Below, piece after piece: positions 26,793 through 39,290 of a DNA stretch of 64,000 nucleotides (the first letter of the stretch is position 1; the number at the start of each line of letters is the position of its first letter). Under the pieces are notes generated by a model. It searched no databases. It had not been told where the DNA came from and saw nothing but the letters and a program-made list of their open reading frames with translations. Both the position numbers and the translations under genes were made by a program. The DNA is from Phoronis australis (lineage: Eukaryota > Animalia > Phoronida), in the NCBI GenBank assembly GCA_002633005.1, contig NMRA01000070.1, forward strand, positions 1,058,036 through 1,122,035, read 5' to 3'.

Positions 26793-26864
26793 GAACCTGT
26801 GACCAATATTTTATAAGAGCATCTGTGGTGAAACAGTCGTATTGATATATTTGTTTCAGGTCCA

Positions 26865-28229
26865 ATGGCCCGTAAAGTGGTGGTTGTTGCTGTGGTAAGC
26901 ATTTTCATTTTATCCGTCACGTCACCTATACATGTATTGTTCTACGACACACGACATTTGGAAGCAGGAACGCAAATGTTGAGACATGTGATGAAGGGAA
27001 ATATGCCCAACAACACCAAACAGGTGAATTCTGAAAATCGACAATCTCATCGAGAAGTTAACCCAAGAGTAGAGTTAATGGTACGAGTATCGACAGTGAA
27101 TACAGCTGGTAAGAACCTTATGGGACGGTTGTTCTGTATGGTTATGCGAACACTGGTGCTCTATTGGTCTCCTATTTATGGAGACACGATTGTGGTTATC
27201 ATGGATGATGAAAGCAAACAGGATCACCGTATTGGAGAAATGTTGAAAAAGGAAAAATTCGACTTTTTCCGACTGGTCGTGCAGTACGAACTCCTTCCAG
27301 AGAATCCTGATAAGCTGAAGGCATGCCCTGATCCAAATCATCGTGATTTCGGTTATAAAAGACAGCTTTATAGCAGTTTCTTTATGGATAGGTATACATC
27401 AAAAGAAATCGTTGGTTGGCTCGATTCTGATGTTGTGTTCATTAGTCCAGCGATGCCACGTGATGTTATACGGAATGGACGGATCGTAGCTTATGGAACA
27501 TCCAACAGAATGAAGTATAGTTGGGTTAGACAGTGGTTTGAAACAGTATTCATAGCAATCGGATATCCTGCTGTGGCGGACTGCATGACATACTTCCCAA
27601 CATATTTTTGGAGAGACACTTTTACAAACTTTCGCAACTTTGCTATGAAGCGATTTAATACCAAGTCGTTCGACGAAGCGTTTTACGAAATTTATGAAAC
27701 GAATATAATAAGTCCTGTAAACATATTGTGTAACTATGCTTGGTATTATGAGCACGAAAGGTACGAATGGCATTTGGATTTAGTTGACCCAGCGTTTCTG
27801 AAACGTTACCAAGTCAAACATAAAAACATTTTTAACGTGAAACCTGAAGAAACCACAATGAAACTTAACCATGTCGTTCATTGGGGTCACGCCAATGGGA
27901 TAACTGTCAAGCCAGGTACAAATTACTTAGAAATCACTCAAAAGGCATATTGTAAACTATATAAACGGGTCTACGTTAAGGAAAAAAAGGTCTGTGACAA
28001 GTTTAAGACCAATGTTTTTGTAGAACAATTTGACTTCAGTGCGGTTTCATGGTGTAAAGGAAAAGATGGTGAAGAAAAATGTAAGAAGATGATTGAAGAT
28101 AACGATCGCACGCTGGTCCCGTTCATTAAAAATGGGACTTTCCCTTTCAACATCTCACTGGTAAAGAATGTCGAAAAAACAGCCAAGAGTTTCAACATTA
28201 CGTGTCCAGATTTTGGTTTATACGTGTAG
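26865..28229 (+). CDS. Uncharacterised type II membrane protein, putative GT-A fold glycosyltransferase (454 aa, single coding exon)
   Basis: Intact 454-aa ORF with MARK followed by a hydrophobic signal anchor and a stem. GYKRQ...DRYT...VGWLDSDVVF places a DxD after a beta strand; luminal Cys residues and N-glycosylation sequons are present. The splice acceptor ttgtttcag|gtccaATG just upstream implies a non-coding first exon. Confidence 0.8.
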   Translation: MARKVVVVAVVSIFILSVTSPIHVLFYDTRHLEAGTQMLRHVMKGNMPNNTKQVNSENRQSHREVNPRVELMVRVSTVNTAGKNLMGRLFCMVMRTLVLYWSPIYGDTIVVIMDDESKQDHRIGEMLKKEKFDFFRLVVQYELLPENPDKLKACPDPNHRDFGYKRQLYSSFFMDRYTSKEIVGWLDSDVVFISPAMPRDVIRNGRIVAYGTSNRMKYSWVRQWFETVFIAIGYPAVADCMTYFPTYFWRDTFTNFRNFAMKRFNTKSFDEAFYEIYETNIISPVNILCNYAWYYEHERYEWHLDLVDPAFLKRYQVKHKNIFNVKPEETTMKLNHVVHWGHANGITVKPGTNYLEITQKAYCKLYKRVYVKEKKVCDKFKTNVFVEQFDFSAVSWCKGKDGEEKCKKMIEDNDRTLVPFIKNGTFPFNISLVKNVEKTAKSFNITCPDFGLYV

Positions 28230-28329
28230 AAGTATCGGTGACATGGAAGCGCAGCTGAGCTGAAATTGGAATAAGTGTTTATTCATGCTCAAAAATGATT
28301 GGTTGTCGTAGATGTTTTTTACACCTTTT

Positions 28330-28780
28330 TTCAAAAACCGAAAGAAAACAAAATGGGAAAATTCGTTTTGTGTGGCAAGACCAATGGCAACACGGTATTT
28401 ATGTTTCAAATCCTACTATATGTTTTTGTACTTCAAACGTTAGACTCTGTTGGTTGCAAATGAGAACTGGACACATAATCTTAGCAACCAAAAATTTCGT
28501 AATGCGAAGTGGTATTTTTCCAACTCAGCAATGTACGTATCGAAAAAAAATGAACTTGGAAGCTTGGAGCATCTGTCTTGAGACTCTACCGCTGTAAGTC
28601 AATTTGGAATAGAACAGCTGAATTACACATGTAACGTAATATAAGTGGATATTCAAACGTCTACATTTGGCAAAATTGTAAGAAATCTGATCATTTCTTC
28701 AATATCTTTCTTTAGCTGTAGACCGCTAAAAGCAGAACCTCAATCCAGAGTACTTTTCAAAAGACTAAGCAAAGTACTTC
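28330..28780 (+). mobile_element. L1/Tx1-clade LINE 3' relic interrupted by the RTE insertion
   Basis: WQHGIY...TSNVRLCWLQMRTGHIILATKNF resembles the zf-RVT region (KLRWFQFRI.HRILATN). It appears to resume as YFTFEKY at about 30625. Confidence 0.5.
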
Positions 28781-30615
28781 TGACTCTGACTCTGACTCTA
28801 GGCATTGTCCATCCACTGCAGGATGTAGCCCTCCGACAATGCCTTCCAAATTTTTCTGTCTCTTGCCGCTCTCATCCATGTTGCGCCTCTCGTCTTCACG
28901 ATGTCATCTCTCCATCTGGCTTGGGGCCATCCTCTTGATCTCTTTTCATATCTAGGTTGCCACTCCGTGCATCTCCTTGTCCATCTGTTGTCCTGTGCTC
29001 TGGCGACGTGTCCGACCCACCTCCGAGTCCATTTCAAGTTCAGAATTGCCTTGATTAAGACCATGACTCCTGTTTGTTCCCTTATCTCTGTGTGTGGAAT
29101 CCTGTCTAGTAGCTCTATTCCAAGCATTTTTCTCTCCATTGCTCTCTGTGTTGTTCTTAGCTTGGCAATTGTCTGTTTTGTTAAGGTCCATGTTTGGCAT
29201 CCATAGGTGATTGTGGGGATGATGCACTGGTCAAATACTTTTCTTTTCAGGGATATGGGTATGTTCTTATCTTGGAAAGTCTCTCTGTTTTTTCCACAGC
29301 AACTCCATCTAGCTCTTATTCGGATTTGTATTTCATTGGTCATACGGTTTCGCATTTGTATAGTTTGTCCCAGGTATTTATATTGTGTGACTCTTTCAAT
29401 GGTCTTGTTCTCCACCATTAATTGTTCATCTGTTTCAAAATTTGTCATGTACTTTGTCTTGTCCTTGTGCATCTTTAATCCCACATTGTTGCTTTCTTCA
29501 TTCAGTATATTTAAATTTGTTTCTAACTGTAGTATATCTTCTGTGCACAAAGCAACATCATCTGCAAATCTTAAGGTCTGTTAAATGTTCTCCGTCTATG
29601 TTTACTCCCCTTTGAAGGTCTGAAGATTTGAAGATTTATTCCATTGTCAGTGTAAACAGTTTAGGTGAAATTGGGTCTCCCTGTCTAACTCCTCTCTCTA
29701 CAGTGTATGTTGAATCTTTCAGAGACGTGGTTGTCGATGTGTATTCTGGCGGTGGCATCTGTATGTATATTTTGCAGCAGTTTTACATATGTTTCATTTA
29801 TGTTGATGTTTTTAGGGCTTCAATGATGGCAAAGTGTTCAATTGAATCAAAATAAAATTCTTTCCATAGTCTATGAAACCAACACACAGTGGCAGGTTAA
29901 ATTCGTTACATTTTTCAATTGTTTGTCCAAGGGCTTGCAGAAGGTCTGTTGTTGAATAGCTCTTTCTAAACCCTGCTTGTTCTCGGGGTTGATTTTCATC
30001 CAGTTGTTTCTCCATTCTATTTTGTAATAGCCTTGTGAACAGTTTGTATGTATGAGCTAATAAGCTTATGGGTCTATAGTTCTTTATGTCACTTCGGTCT
30101 CTTTTTTAAATAATATTATTATTTTTGCTTCTTTCCAGCATTCTGGTATGTTTTGGGTCCTTAGAATTACATTGAATGCTTTTGTCAAGTGTTTGATTGT
30201 TTCTTGTTCTCCTGCCGAAATTATATCGCTTGTAATATCATCATTACCTGGTGCTTTTATTTTCTTCATCCTTCTGAGGGTATGTTCTACTTCTTCCTCA
30301 GTGAAAGGTGGTACTTGTTCTGTGTCTAGATTCCTGTTTACCATCTTTTCTGGTGGATTCATCGTTTTCTCATATAGAATTTTGTAGAAATCGGCACATA
30401 TTTTGAGTATTTCTTCTCTGTTGTTTGTTATTTCTCCGTTAGAGTTTCGCATTTTTGATATGTTCTTTTTATTTCCTTGCTTGTAGATTTCTTTTGGTCC
30501 TTTTCCTCTTTCAATTGTGTCCATTATCATCTTTGTTCTTTTTCGTCGGCCTTTATTTATCTTCATTTTTTCACTGTTTTGTTAGGTTCACTGTATTCTA
30601 TTTTTTCTCTTTCTG
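28781..30615 (-). mobile_element. RTE-clade LINE, 5'-truncated, frameshifted reverse transcriptase
   Basis: KAPGNDDI, EQAGFRKSYST, GVRQGDPISPKLF, LRFADD, YKYLGQ, WVGHVAR..DNRWT motifs. The 3' tail is (AGAGTC)3. 14-bp TSD aagcaaa(g/a)tacttc at 28767-28780 and 30616-30629. Confidence 0.92.
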
Positions 30616-31689
30616 AAGCAAAATACTTCACATTTGAAAAGTACGTCGATTCTTGTACAAAGGGATTAGAAGACCTATCTATTACTCCAATGTTGGTCAG
30701 CTATTTATCATTAAAAATGAAATAAGGACTGGGAGATATTTCTGGTTTACTTTATGTACGCAATATGGACCATCTTGAGTTCAAGAATCACCAGAACGAC
30801 GCAAAAACAACCATTCCGAAACTCTGGAATTACTATGGAATTGTCCAGGCTACATGTGTTCTAATTTGCCTTTCAAACTTTGTAACAGGTCACCAGCCAG
30901 AACAAACCCCTCGAAGCTTCTAATTTTTTAGGTCGACTGTCGGGCCCATTCCTTTATGAAATGTATTGATAAAAACCGCGCGAAATTATCCTCATCAGGC
31001 CCCAAACAGTAAGTGTTCACGGGAGTTGGACATTTTCCCTTCAACCAAAAATTCACCTCTCAAAAGGCGCCGGCACCTTTCCCTCTCCCCTTCTGAAACA
31101 CCGCCTACTTTGGGTATGAAAAATTTGGTAGCCCCATTACATACGAAAACATTCGTGCAAGCAGGGCCTCTTCGAGGAACTGAACAAATTGAATTGTCGC
31201 GTAGCTCAGGGTTTTAACCTATAACAGTGAACCAAGTGTAACAGTGAAGCATTTTGTGAGAATAGTACTTACTTTCTTTTTAAAATACCTGTGTTCTCTG
31301 AGACTCGAACCAGCGTTTTCGGTATTGATTGAGCACGTACTTGAACCATCTGGGGCAATTGATCAGTGTTGTGACTTTTGATGTGTTGGTTTGTGAGTTT
31401 ATGGGTAGAGTGGGAGGCTTTAGGTGATTGGTTTGATCTGCTTGTATTTTTGCCAACTAGAGCCATTGAGCTTGACGTGCTTTACATTCCCGTTCAGTGA
31501 GGCGGTTGTGTTATTGCTGCTCTGTACGTTTTTTGTCATTTCAGTATAATCAGACTCTTTAAGCGATAAAGAAAGCGAGATGAACTTAGCTGATTCACAT
31601 AGATTTAGCAGCTGTTTTGGCATCATTATGGCATTGGATTATTTTCGCTTGTGTAGAGTAATAATTCAATTTTATTAAGCAGTTTGTGT

Positions 31690-33360
31690 ATAAACTTCAT
31701 AACATGAGGCAAGACTACAATGGTAATAAACTAATTTCGGATATTACTATTAATGAGACAAGAATAACGTTTATTAATACTTATTGTCCAAATAGGGAAT
31801 CGCCGTCTTTTTTTGAAAGAACAAAACAAGATATTCAAGATGTGACAAATTACTCTTATTTGGGCAGGCGATTTTAATCTTGCTCTCGATCAGTCTAACG
31901 ACACGCTTAATTATCGACAGGTTAATAGCCCGAAGTCATGGATTAAGTTGATGGAGATTTGTACAGAATTGTCTATATTGTTGATGTCTGGCGAGAACTA
32001 AACCCCAATAGTAAAGAATACACTTAGGGAACTGAGGAAATATGGGCGACCAATCCGGAGTCGCGTAGAGAAACGTATGAATACAAAAGTAGGCCCTTGA
32101 GGCTATAATTAGAGATGAGTAATGCAAAATAAACCCTAAGGACTGGTCTCATAATAAAGAGACAAGTGTCAAAATAATGACGATAAATGCATTTAACAAG
32201 TTAAATTTAATTAAGTCGAAGTTAACTCTATTTGATAATTCCTACTGGCGCGACGTACACTCATGTATTTGGAAGTATGAAATCTTTCTATAGGAAAATA
32301 ATTGTCGCGACTAAAGAAGACTTTTAGAATCAACCTTTGTGGTTTAACAGTAATTTGGGGATCGGAGGCACAAGTGTTCTTTATAAGTCTAGGTTTGTAA
32401 AAGGCTTAAGACTCGTCAGAGATACATGTATGTATAAATCTGATGGCGATTCCGTTAGTTTAAACCACATGATAAATGGGTTCGATAAAAAAACCCATTT
32501 TGTAGAATATAATGGTGTTGTTTCTGTTCTAAGAAGGTTTCAAAGAAGTCTATTTCAAAGTAAATTTAAAAGTGTTAATGTCCATTATCCTTGCATGCCT
32601 TTAGCAATAGTTCGCTTACGGAAAGATATTCATGGAGGGTTGTAGACATATTTGGTGTACCTATATATTAAGAATTAACGTTCTAAGTCACAGTGTAAAT
32701 GGGACGTTGAGTTAGGAGATACTTTAGATTGAAAGAAAATATACGCATTGCCTTATGAAATTACAAAGGATCCCAACATTAGATGGTTTCAATTTAAAAT
32801 ATTACATAAGATTATGGCATCAAATACTTTTTTAATCAAAATCCAAGTTCGGGTTTCTAATTTATGTTCCTTTTGTAACAAAGCTCCAGAGACGCTGGCT
32901 GTCACACCTTTTTTGAGAATGTCGCCCTGTACAAGATTTTTGGAAGGAATTCAGAAAAAAATACTTCAAAAGTGTCTCATTCAGCTTCCCAACTATCTCT
33001 CTTACAAATGTGTTATTCTTGGAATTTACGAGGCACATGATTTTCTTTTTATTACTAGCCAAACAGTACATTTACAAGGAAAGATGTCAAAAAATATACC
33101 TAGTATGCTCAAGTTTGTTACGCATACTTATGAGTGCTATCATACTGAAAAATTATTTGCATATAAAAATGTTGTATATGGCAGCTTCTCTGAGAAATAG
33201 GAAAATTTTACTATTCACGTTAACACCATGTAGCAGTTTATTTTATACGAGATATGAGAATGGTCTCAGTCTCCGAGGTGTGCATGCGTGAATGAAGGGA
33301 TGTACAGTACTTATTTGTTTGTTTGTTTTTTGTACTTGTATAATAAATATCTGAGAAAAA
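31690..33360 (+). mobile_element. L1/Tx1-clade LINE relic (APE endonuclease and zf-RVT remnants, RT core deleted)
   Basis: ITFINTYCPNRESPSFF...GGDFN...DVWRELNP (APE), then LWFNSNL and NIRWFQFKILHKIMASN...CSFC...PET. AATAAA and an A-rich end near 33342-33360. Confidence 0.75.
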
Positions 33361-34623
33361 GTTTGTTTGTTGAAAGTTTTAATAATTAAATGTTAATTAA
33401 ATGATAACAACACCTGGAATATTGGGGGCCAGCCAGCCATCTCCGCCGCCAACCTTTTGGTTTTTGCTCCTATACCTCTTCTTCAGCAGATCTACCTCAT
33501 GTTTATTACTTCTCTGACCCCACAAAATCCTACAGGTTCTGTACCTTCCCACCTTCCAATTACCTACTTTCACCTGCTAACCTCTCATAACTGATTCACT
33601 CTCTTATTTATGATGTATTTCTCGTAACTTAATTTATCTTTGCTGTCCAAATTTTTTTTTTTTTTTGATTTGATCTTTCCAATACACTGCTATTTTTGTT
33701 CTCAATATCTTAAACAAAGACACTTCACAATTTTAAATTTGACAAACTAAAATCAGCCATGGTTGTCGACGCCTCGAGTACTTTGTCGGCGCACACACAC
33801 ACCCTAGGTGTCGCCTTACAATAATCGCGGCGGCCAAAGTGAATAGTCTTGTTAACATCTTTGCTGCCGTCAGTCGCGTTTCTTTGCTGTTTTCTGTCGT
33901 GACTTACTAGACCTGGTCCGCCGCCAGGCGGCATCACAAAGGGCTCGCCGGTTCCCCACGTGCCTAGCCAGCGTGCTCGGCTGGCTACCACCCAGGGAAC
34001 CAGCGAGCACAAAGGGCCGCATTGCAAGCGACACATATCGGATGTCCGCGGTACTAAAAATTTGGCGATCTCAAATCCGAAATGGCGAGCTGAGATTTTA
34101 CCCAACTCGCCAATTTCGAGTTGGGCTTTTTCTTAACGTTGGACGCTGGTCGAAGCCTCCGTTCAATTTCTTCCTCGAGTGTACTTCCTGTAAGTTATGT
34201 CTTTTTCATCTGTCTTGAGACGGGTACGATGGCTGTCATTGTCCCCGGCAGACCATGCCGACAACGTGAAAATCAGCAACTCAAACTGTGATGTTTGCCC
34301 CCCCAGTTACCGATAGGCACCGCTCTGCAAAACAATGCTAGTTCAGTCCACCCAAGTTCTCAATGGAATCAACTCAACATGAAACTTATAGCACAGCAGA
34401 ATGCTGGGTCACTAAGATTTTGTAGCTCTTGCATTTGACGGGCACTTACCCTGCTAACCGTTAAACGAAGCACTAAAACAATAGCCATTTACTCAACATG
34501 TTGTCGCACTCGGCATATATTGTCGTCCGCGGCAGACAACATTGTGACAACTGAATTTCAAGAACATTCCTTCGTATAGCTTCCATTTCGGGTCTGCAAG
34601 AGAAAAGTCAGGTGCGCTAATTT

Positions 34624-35424
34624 TCATTCAAAAAGTGACTGTTGAAATGGAAGATACCCAGAACACACGGGAGACCCACAAGTGCAAACTCTTTGCTTGA
34701 CAGGGGACAGTGTATCGCCAGTATCTTCTTCACTTCCCGGTAGAGCACTGTCGCCAGCGTAACTGAAACACAGCTCCACATATGCATGTATGTCCTGGTT
34801 AGAGAAAAGAGCCAGTTTTACGATGTTATTATTGACTCGCACAGGGCTCATCACAAGGTTGGGCTCACACGAATGGTTGATGAATCGCCCGACATTGCCA
34901 AAGAGCAGAGGGTCGATGTAGGTTTTATGTACGACTCCGGAAGTCAGGTGTTCGTTAACAACGATAAGGTAGTTAGTGCTCGTTTCTGTCAGCATACTGG
35001 TTCTTCTTTTCGCTTCTTGGAATGACAAAACTTGCCCTGCATATTCGCAAACAAACGATCCTTTCGGAATAGCCTGAGTACATCGCAAACCCCAACCTTT
35101 GGCTGTTGTTTTGAAAACCTCCAAATTTAATTTCACACCAAATTGAACCACTCTGTTGAAACAATGTTTATCAGCGTAGAAACATGAACAAAAATCGTTG
35201 CATTCCATAATCGGTTGGTTTGTTGCGCAACTAGACCCACCACGTGAGCGAGGCGGCCTTGGTTGGCTGCTCAAAAGATGGCGCTCATCGTCATAGGTGA
35301 CTCCAAATTTCATACAACGACATGATGATGGAACACAGACACCAGTAACGCAATGGCAGCCTTGTAGCTGAGTCTCAAAATCACTCAAATCCGCACCAGG
35401 TCCTGGTATGTTGCACTTAATATA
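34624..35424 (-). CDS. SETMAR: SETMAR-like histone-lysine N-methyltransferase, coding exon 2 (pre-SET, SET, post-SET)
   Basis: Acceptor ttttgttacag|TAT at 35424. YIKCNIPGPG..GCHC..C..C; KGWGLR; FVCEYAG; NVGRFINHSCEPN; ELCFSY; CTCGSPVCSGYLP; TGA at 34624-34626. Spliced protein is 298 aa. Confidence 0.9.
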   Translation of the reverse strand, partial: YIKCNIPGPGADLSDFETQLQGCHCVTGVCVPSSCRCMKFGVTYDDERHLLSSQPRPPRSRGGSSCATNQPIMECNDFCSCFYADKHCFNRVVQFGVKLNLEVFKTTAKGWGLRCTQAIPKGSFVCEYAGQVLSFQEAKRRTSMLTETSTNYLIVVNEHLTSGVVHKTYIDPLLFGNVGRFINHSCEPNLVMSPVRVNNNIVKLALFSNQDIHAYVELCFSYAGDSALPGSEEDTGDTLSPVKQRVCTCGSPVCSGYLPFQQSLFE

Positions 35425-36869
35425 CTGTAACAAAATGACAATAGCTGTATCAGCCAAGTGTCCAAGACTATGCGCATCTTCCGTAGACGCTAGAACCGAG
35501 CTAAAACACAAGATTGCGCGAGATATCGTTATGTATTAGCCTACAAGCGAAGCACATCATCTCACTAATTTCCTTCACGAGATTCTAACATCTACGGAAC
35601 TTAAACCCCGACTCAATTAACATTGGATTCTGATGAAGATCTCGAAAATGAAGCTATGTGGTCAGATTTTTTACCATACTAAACTGCGATTCGATTTGTT
35701 GATGTACGCGTATTTCAAATTGTCTATTATTTCTCTCCTCTTCGGCAATGTTTCGGAGACAAATGGTTATCTTATCACTAGTTGTTCGTTCATGAGATAC
35801 GAAAATAAAGGCACACTTGTACCAAAACCATAGAGCACGAGTAACATCTGTGCAGTGCCCACAGCGTTTATCCCCGCGTCCAGTTAGGCCAGTTGAGGTT
35901 GATAAAGGGTGTTTTTATGTTTATGTGATTTGAATATACCGGTTGACCTAATACCTGACTGACCAATCGAGCGCCAAATTTCCGATATCTCAGTCCAACC
36001 GTAATCAAATGCTAATAGAGTCCGGGTTCGAAACTAGGTCGAACATCTTCCAATCCCGGACTCGTCAAAATGAATCTGCTGAAACTCGCGAAGGTTATTA
36101 AAAAAGCATGAAACGCAAGAGCTCGTCAAATACACCTTTAAACAGTTCTTGACGATAGAGTCATATCGTGAAGTATACTATAGTTATTCACTTTTCCCTG
36201 AGGGGAAATTTCCGGAAAAATCACAAAATCCATGATTTTTGAAAAACCCACGAAGGAAAAACTCTGCAGCCACCACAGGGTTTGTAATCTTCACCCCACT
36301 TATGATAAATGCAAGCATGGGCTCAAAGTCATTCGACAAACATCTGACTGGCAATATGGATGTCAACGGCAGATTATCATGACCTTACGAGCCCACCGCA
36401 TATCATTGGTGCACAAAAATTTCATAGACACACAGTGACAACTAAACTCGGACCAACGTGTGCAATAAAATTGTGTCTCACTCATACCCTATTTTGTTTT
36501 GAATAATGCGCATTGCATCAGATTTTAAAATAACAACAATGCAGAACAGCAGATCAAAACTAATGTCCTTCATCAAAACGGCATTAGCCATATGGAGACG
36601 TATACTGAGGTCTGAGGTCTACAGTACTCTATGAGACAAGCTGGTGAAGCAAGCGATTTTCAAAAAAGCAGTCTCCGTTTATTTTAGAATATATTTGAAC
36701 ACTACGCTACCTTTCTAACTGATTTTAAATAGTTAGGACTTACAGTAATTGCCTCTTTATCGGACTGGCCGCAGTTTGAAGTCGTCATTAAGGCCAAAGG
36801 TAACAGTTTCCATATTAAGGGAGATGCGCTACGCCTACGTCTTGCCATACCAAATAAGGAGGCGTGCAA

Positions 36870-37440
36870 CACTCGACAAAATGGCCACTAGATTAGCTGC
36901 AGAAATCGAATCCGCCCGGAAAATTTAATGGAGCAAACACATAGTTACCACATACCTGTGTTTCAGGTTTCACTAAAATCCGTCAGTCCGTTCTCTGTAG
37001 GTATCATCCGGAAAGCTCTTCCCAAAAATATTGAAAAAGTCACGCTTCCTGACTCACAGGGCTGGGCAAATTGAAAAGTGTCATGAAAAATTCTACTGAT
37101 GCCTTAAGCCTTTGCGGCAAATATCATCAAAATCCGACCAGGAGCATTTGAGATATGGAGCCGCACCCTGGCAACAGTACAACAATATACGACAATGCGT
37201 GAGCGCATAAAAATCTATCAAGGAACTCCAAAGATACAAAGGTAAATGTAAAGGGCCAAAACTGCCACTAGGTAGCTGAGCGGTAGTCCGATGGGTTCGA
37301 AATTTCATAGAAACACATCTGCCAAACCTCATTATGATCCGTCCTGCAGGAGTTTTAAGAGATGCAACAGCGGACGCCGGACGCCCAGACAAAGATGACA
37401 ACAATATACACCCACACACAAAAAATGTGGGCGCATAAAA
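36870..37440. mobile_element. Helentron-like non-autonomous relics in SETMAR intron
   Basis: Terminal gtgggcgcataaaa (37427) with a short inverted partner and a ggacgcc microsatellite; a second end gagcgcataaaa at 37201. gccactag motifs match those in the CPT2 intron arrays. Confidence 0.5.
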
Positions 37441-38011
37441 GTGGCCACACGTGATGGAAAATGCATCAAATCCATCCGAAAATGGGAACACGTCGTCGTG
37501 CCCTTGATAGAAACTTATTTACTTGGCGTTAGCCCGGTCGGAATCTCGTCGTCATTTATCGTCAACTCCATTAAGATCCTGTAAAAGGTTTATGACATAA
37601 AACTGCGGATGCCGAACGCCTGGGCAGATATGTCAACAATATATGCACTCACATATTCATGTGGTAACAAAAAAGCCTTTTGCCTACAAGAGGGCCGTCT
37701 TTTTGGAAAAGGACAGGCCGCTGCAGAGTTTCGCCCTCCCAAAGTGAACTGTTCCTTCCCGCACATACAATCAGGGGTCTGGACTTCAACTTGGTCTCGT
37801 ATGCTAGAAGAAGCTTTGATTCAGGGGGTGCGGTAGACTCCCGCCAGTGATAGGTCCTCAATGCTTCCCAGACACCTTTTGAGCATTCATTACGTTAAGG
37901 AAATTTTGAGACGGACTTTGTAAGGGAAAGTAGCAGAGTTTTAGATTTCTTTTCTTTGAGTGAGGAACTGTACTTATAATAATTCAACAGTTGAAGCTGA
38001 GTACCACCTAC

Positions 38012-38107
38012 CTTAAATTCAGCGACGCACTCGTCATCTAAGTCATTCACAACTGGAATCCTCACGTTTTCAGCCCCACCGCTGATGTCTTTCGACACAA
38101 TCATCAT
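38012..38107 (-). CDS. SETMAR: SETMAR-like methyltransferase, coding exon 1
   Basis: MMIVSKDISGGAENVRIPVVNDLDDECVAEFK|gtaggt contains the pre-SET start motif DIS.G.E..PIP. The phase 0 join to exon 2 gives EFK-YIK. A possible 5'UTR intron spans 38173-38301 (cag|gtaagt ... ttacag). Confidence 0.85.
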
Positions 38108-38453
38108 CAATTTGACAGTGAGAAATTCTCAAGTTATCGGAAATGTCGTCTTATTCTGCGTATGCGAGGAATCTGTAACATCATTACATGTATGTAAAGA
38201 TTGATTGTAAACTAAGGGGCAGAATCGCCAAATGAGCGCAGGACGTCTGATCATAAAGCATACTATAGCCATACAAACGAACGTTGGCGATGGCGACTTA
38301 CCTGCCGCAATATAAGCCAGTAGATAGGATTATGGATAACTGGCATAGTACTTCATATGGCACAAGGTTGATATTTCAGGTCCATTCCCGCGTGATCACC
38401 ATGGACTAGCAAAGTCAAACGCTACAACACTGGAATGAATCCTTCGTCCGGTA

Positions 38454-39290
38454 CATGGCAGCGTTTTGCCGTTCAGTGACTTTACCAGACGTAGGGGGAT
38501 CTGAGCGTGTGATAACACCTAGCTTCTTTGTTAACTGTCCTGCACACTCGTTTGTCTGTTACGACAACAAGCAGGTCAATTATCTACCAGGATAAGTACA
38601 GACCACGTGTGAACACAGTCAAACTCAGAGTGAATTCAGGTGTATTCGGAAAGAATAGATTGTTGTAACTTCGGTTGCAGTTGGGCGGCGATTTTGGCGT
38701 TACAAAAAACCGTAAACATGTTCACCATTTGACGAAGATTTCAGCCTGAGAAATGCTATCGGTTTATCATACAGCGTTTTCCTGTTCTGTGCTTTATCAG
38801 ACGTAGGGAGTTCTGAGCGTGTGAAAACATCTAGCTTCTTTGTTAACTGCCACTAAGCACACTCTTTTGTCTGTTACGACAACAAGCAGGCCACAGATCA
38901 CGTGTGAACACAGTCAAACTCAGAGTGAATTGGTCGGAAAGACTAGATTGTCGTAACTTCGGTTGCAGTTGGGCGATTTTGGCGATTCAAAAACTAAGGC
39001 ATGATCGCCATTTGACGAAGATTTCAGAAATGCTATTGGTTTATGTTCAAATATGTTATAACTTAACTTTTATTTTTAACAGCACAGCCCAGTCAGGGTA
39101 GATAGGATCTCACTGGAGATTAGAGCAATTATCGAACAAAAGATCTATAGCTGGCCCTCCAACCATCAATGCCAGAATGGAGTTAATATCAGTCGTGAAC
39201 GATAATGGCTACAGGGGGCCCAACTTGTTAATTGTTGGGCTATAGGCTAGAATCGAACAAGTTGGGAGCAAACGGGATAACGCCGTAATG
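38454..39290. repeat. Interspersed repeat, copies 2 and 3 (partial tandem duplication of about 315 bp)
   Basis: 38454-38768 and 38772-39290 both align to 13663-14196. Confidence 0.85.

Noticed and set aside
35425-35511. N-terminal extension of the 295-aa SET ORF
   Set aside because: It lies upstream of a good acceptor and is replaced by the exon at 38012-38107.
35630-35655. CTGATGAAGATCTCGAAA as a hammerhead
   Set aside because: No room for a stable stem II and no stem III or NUH site.
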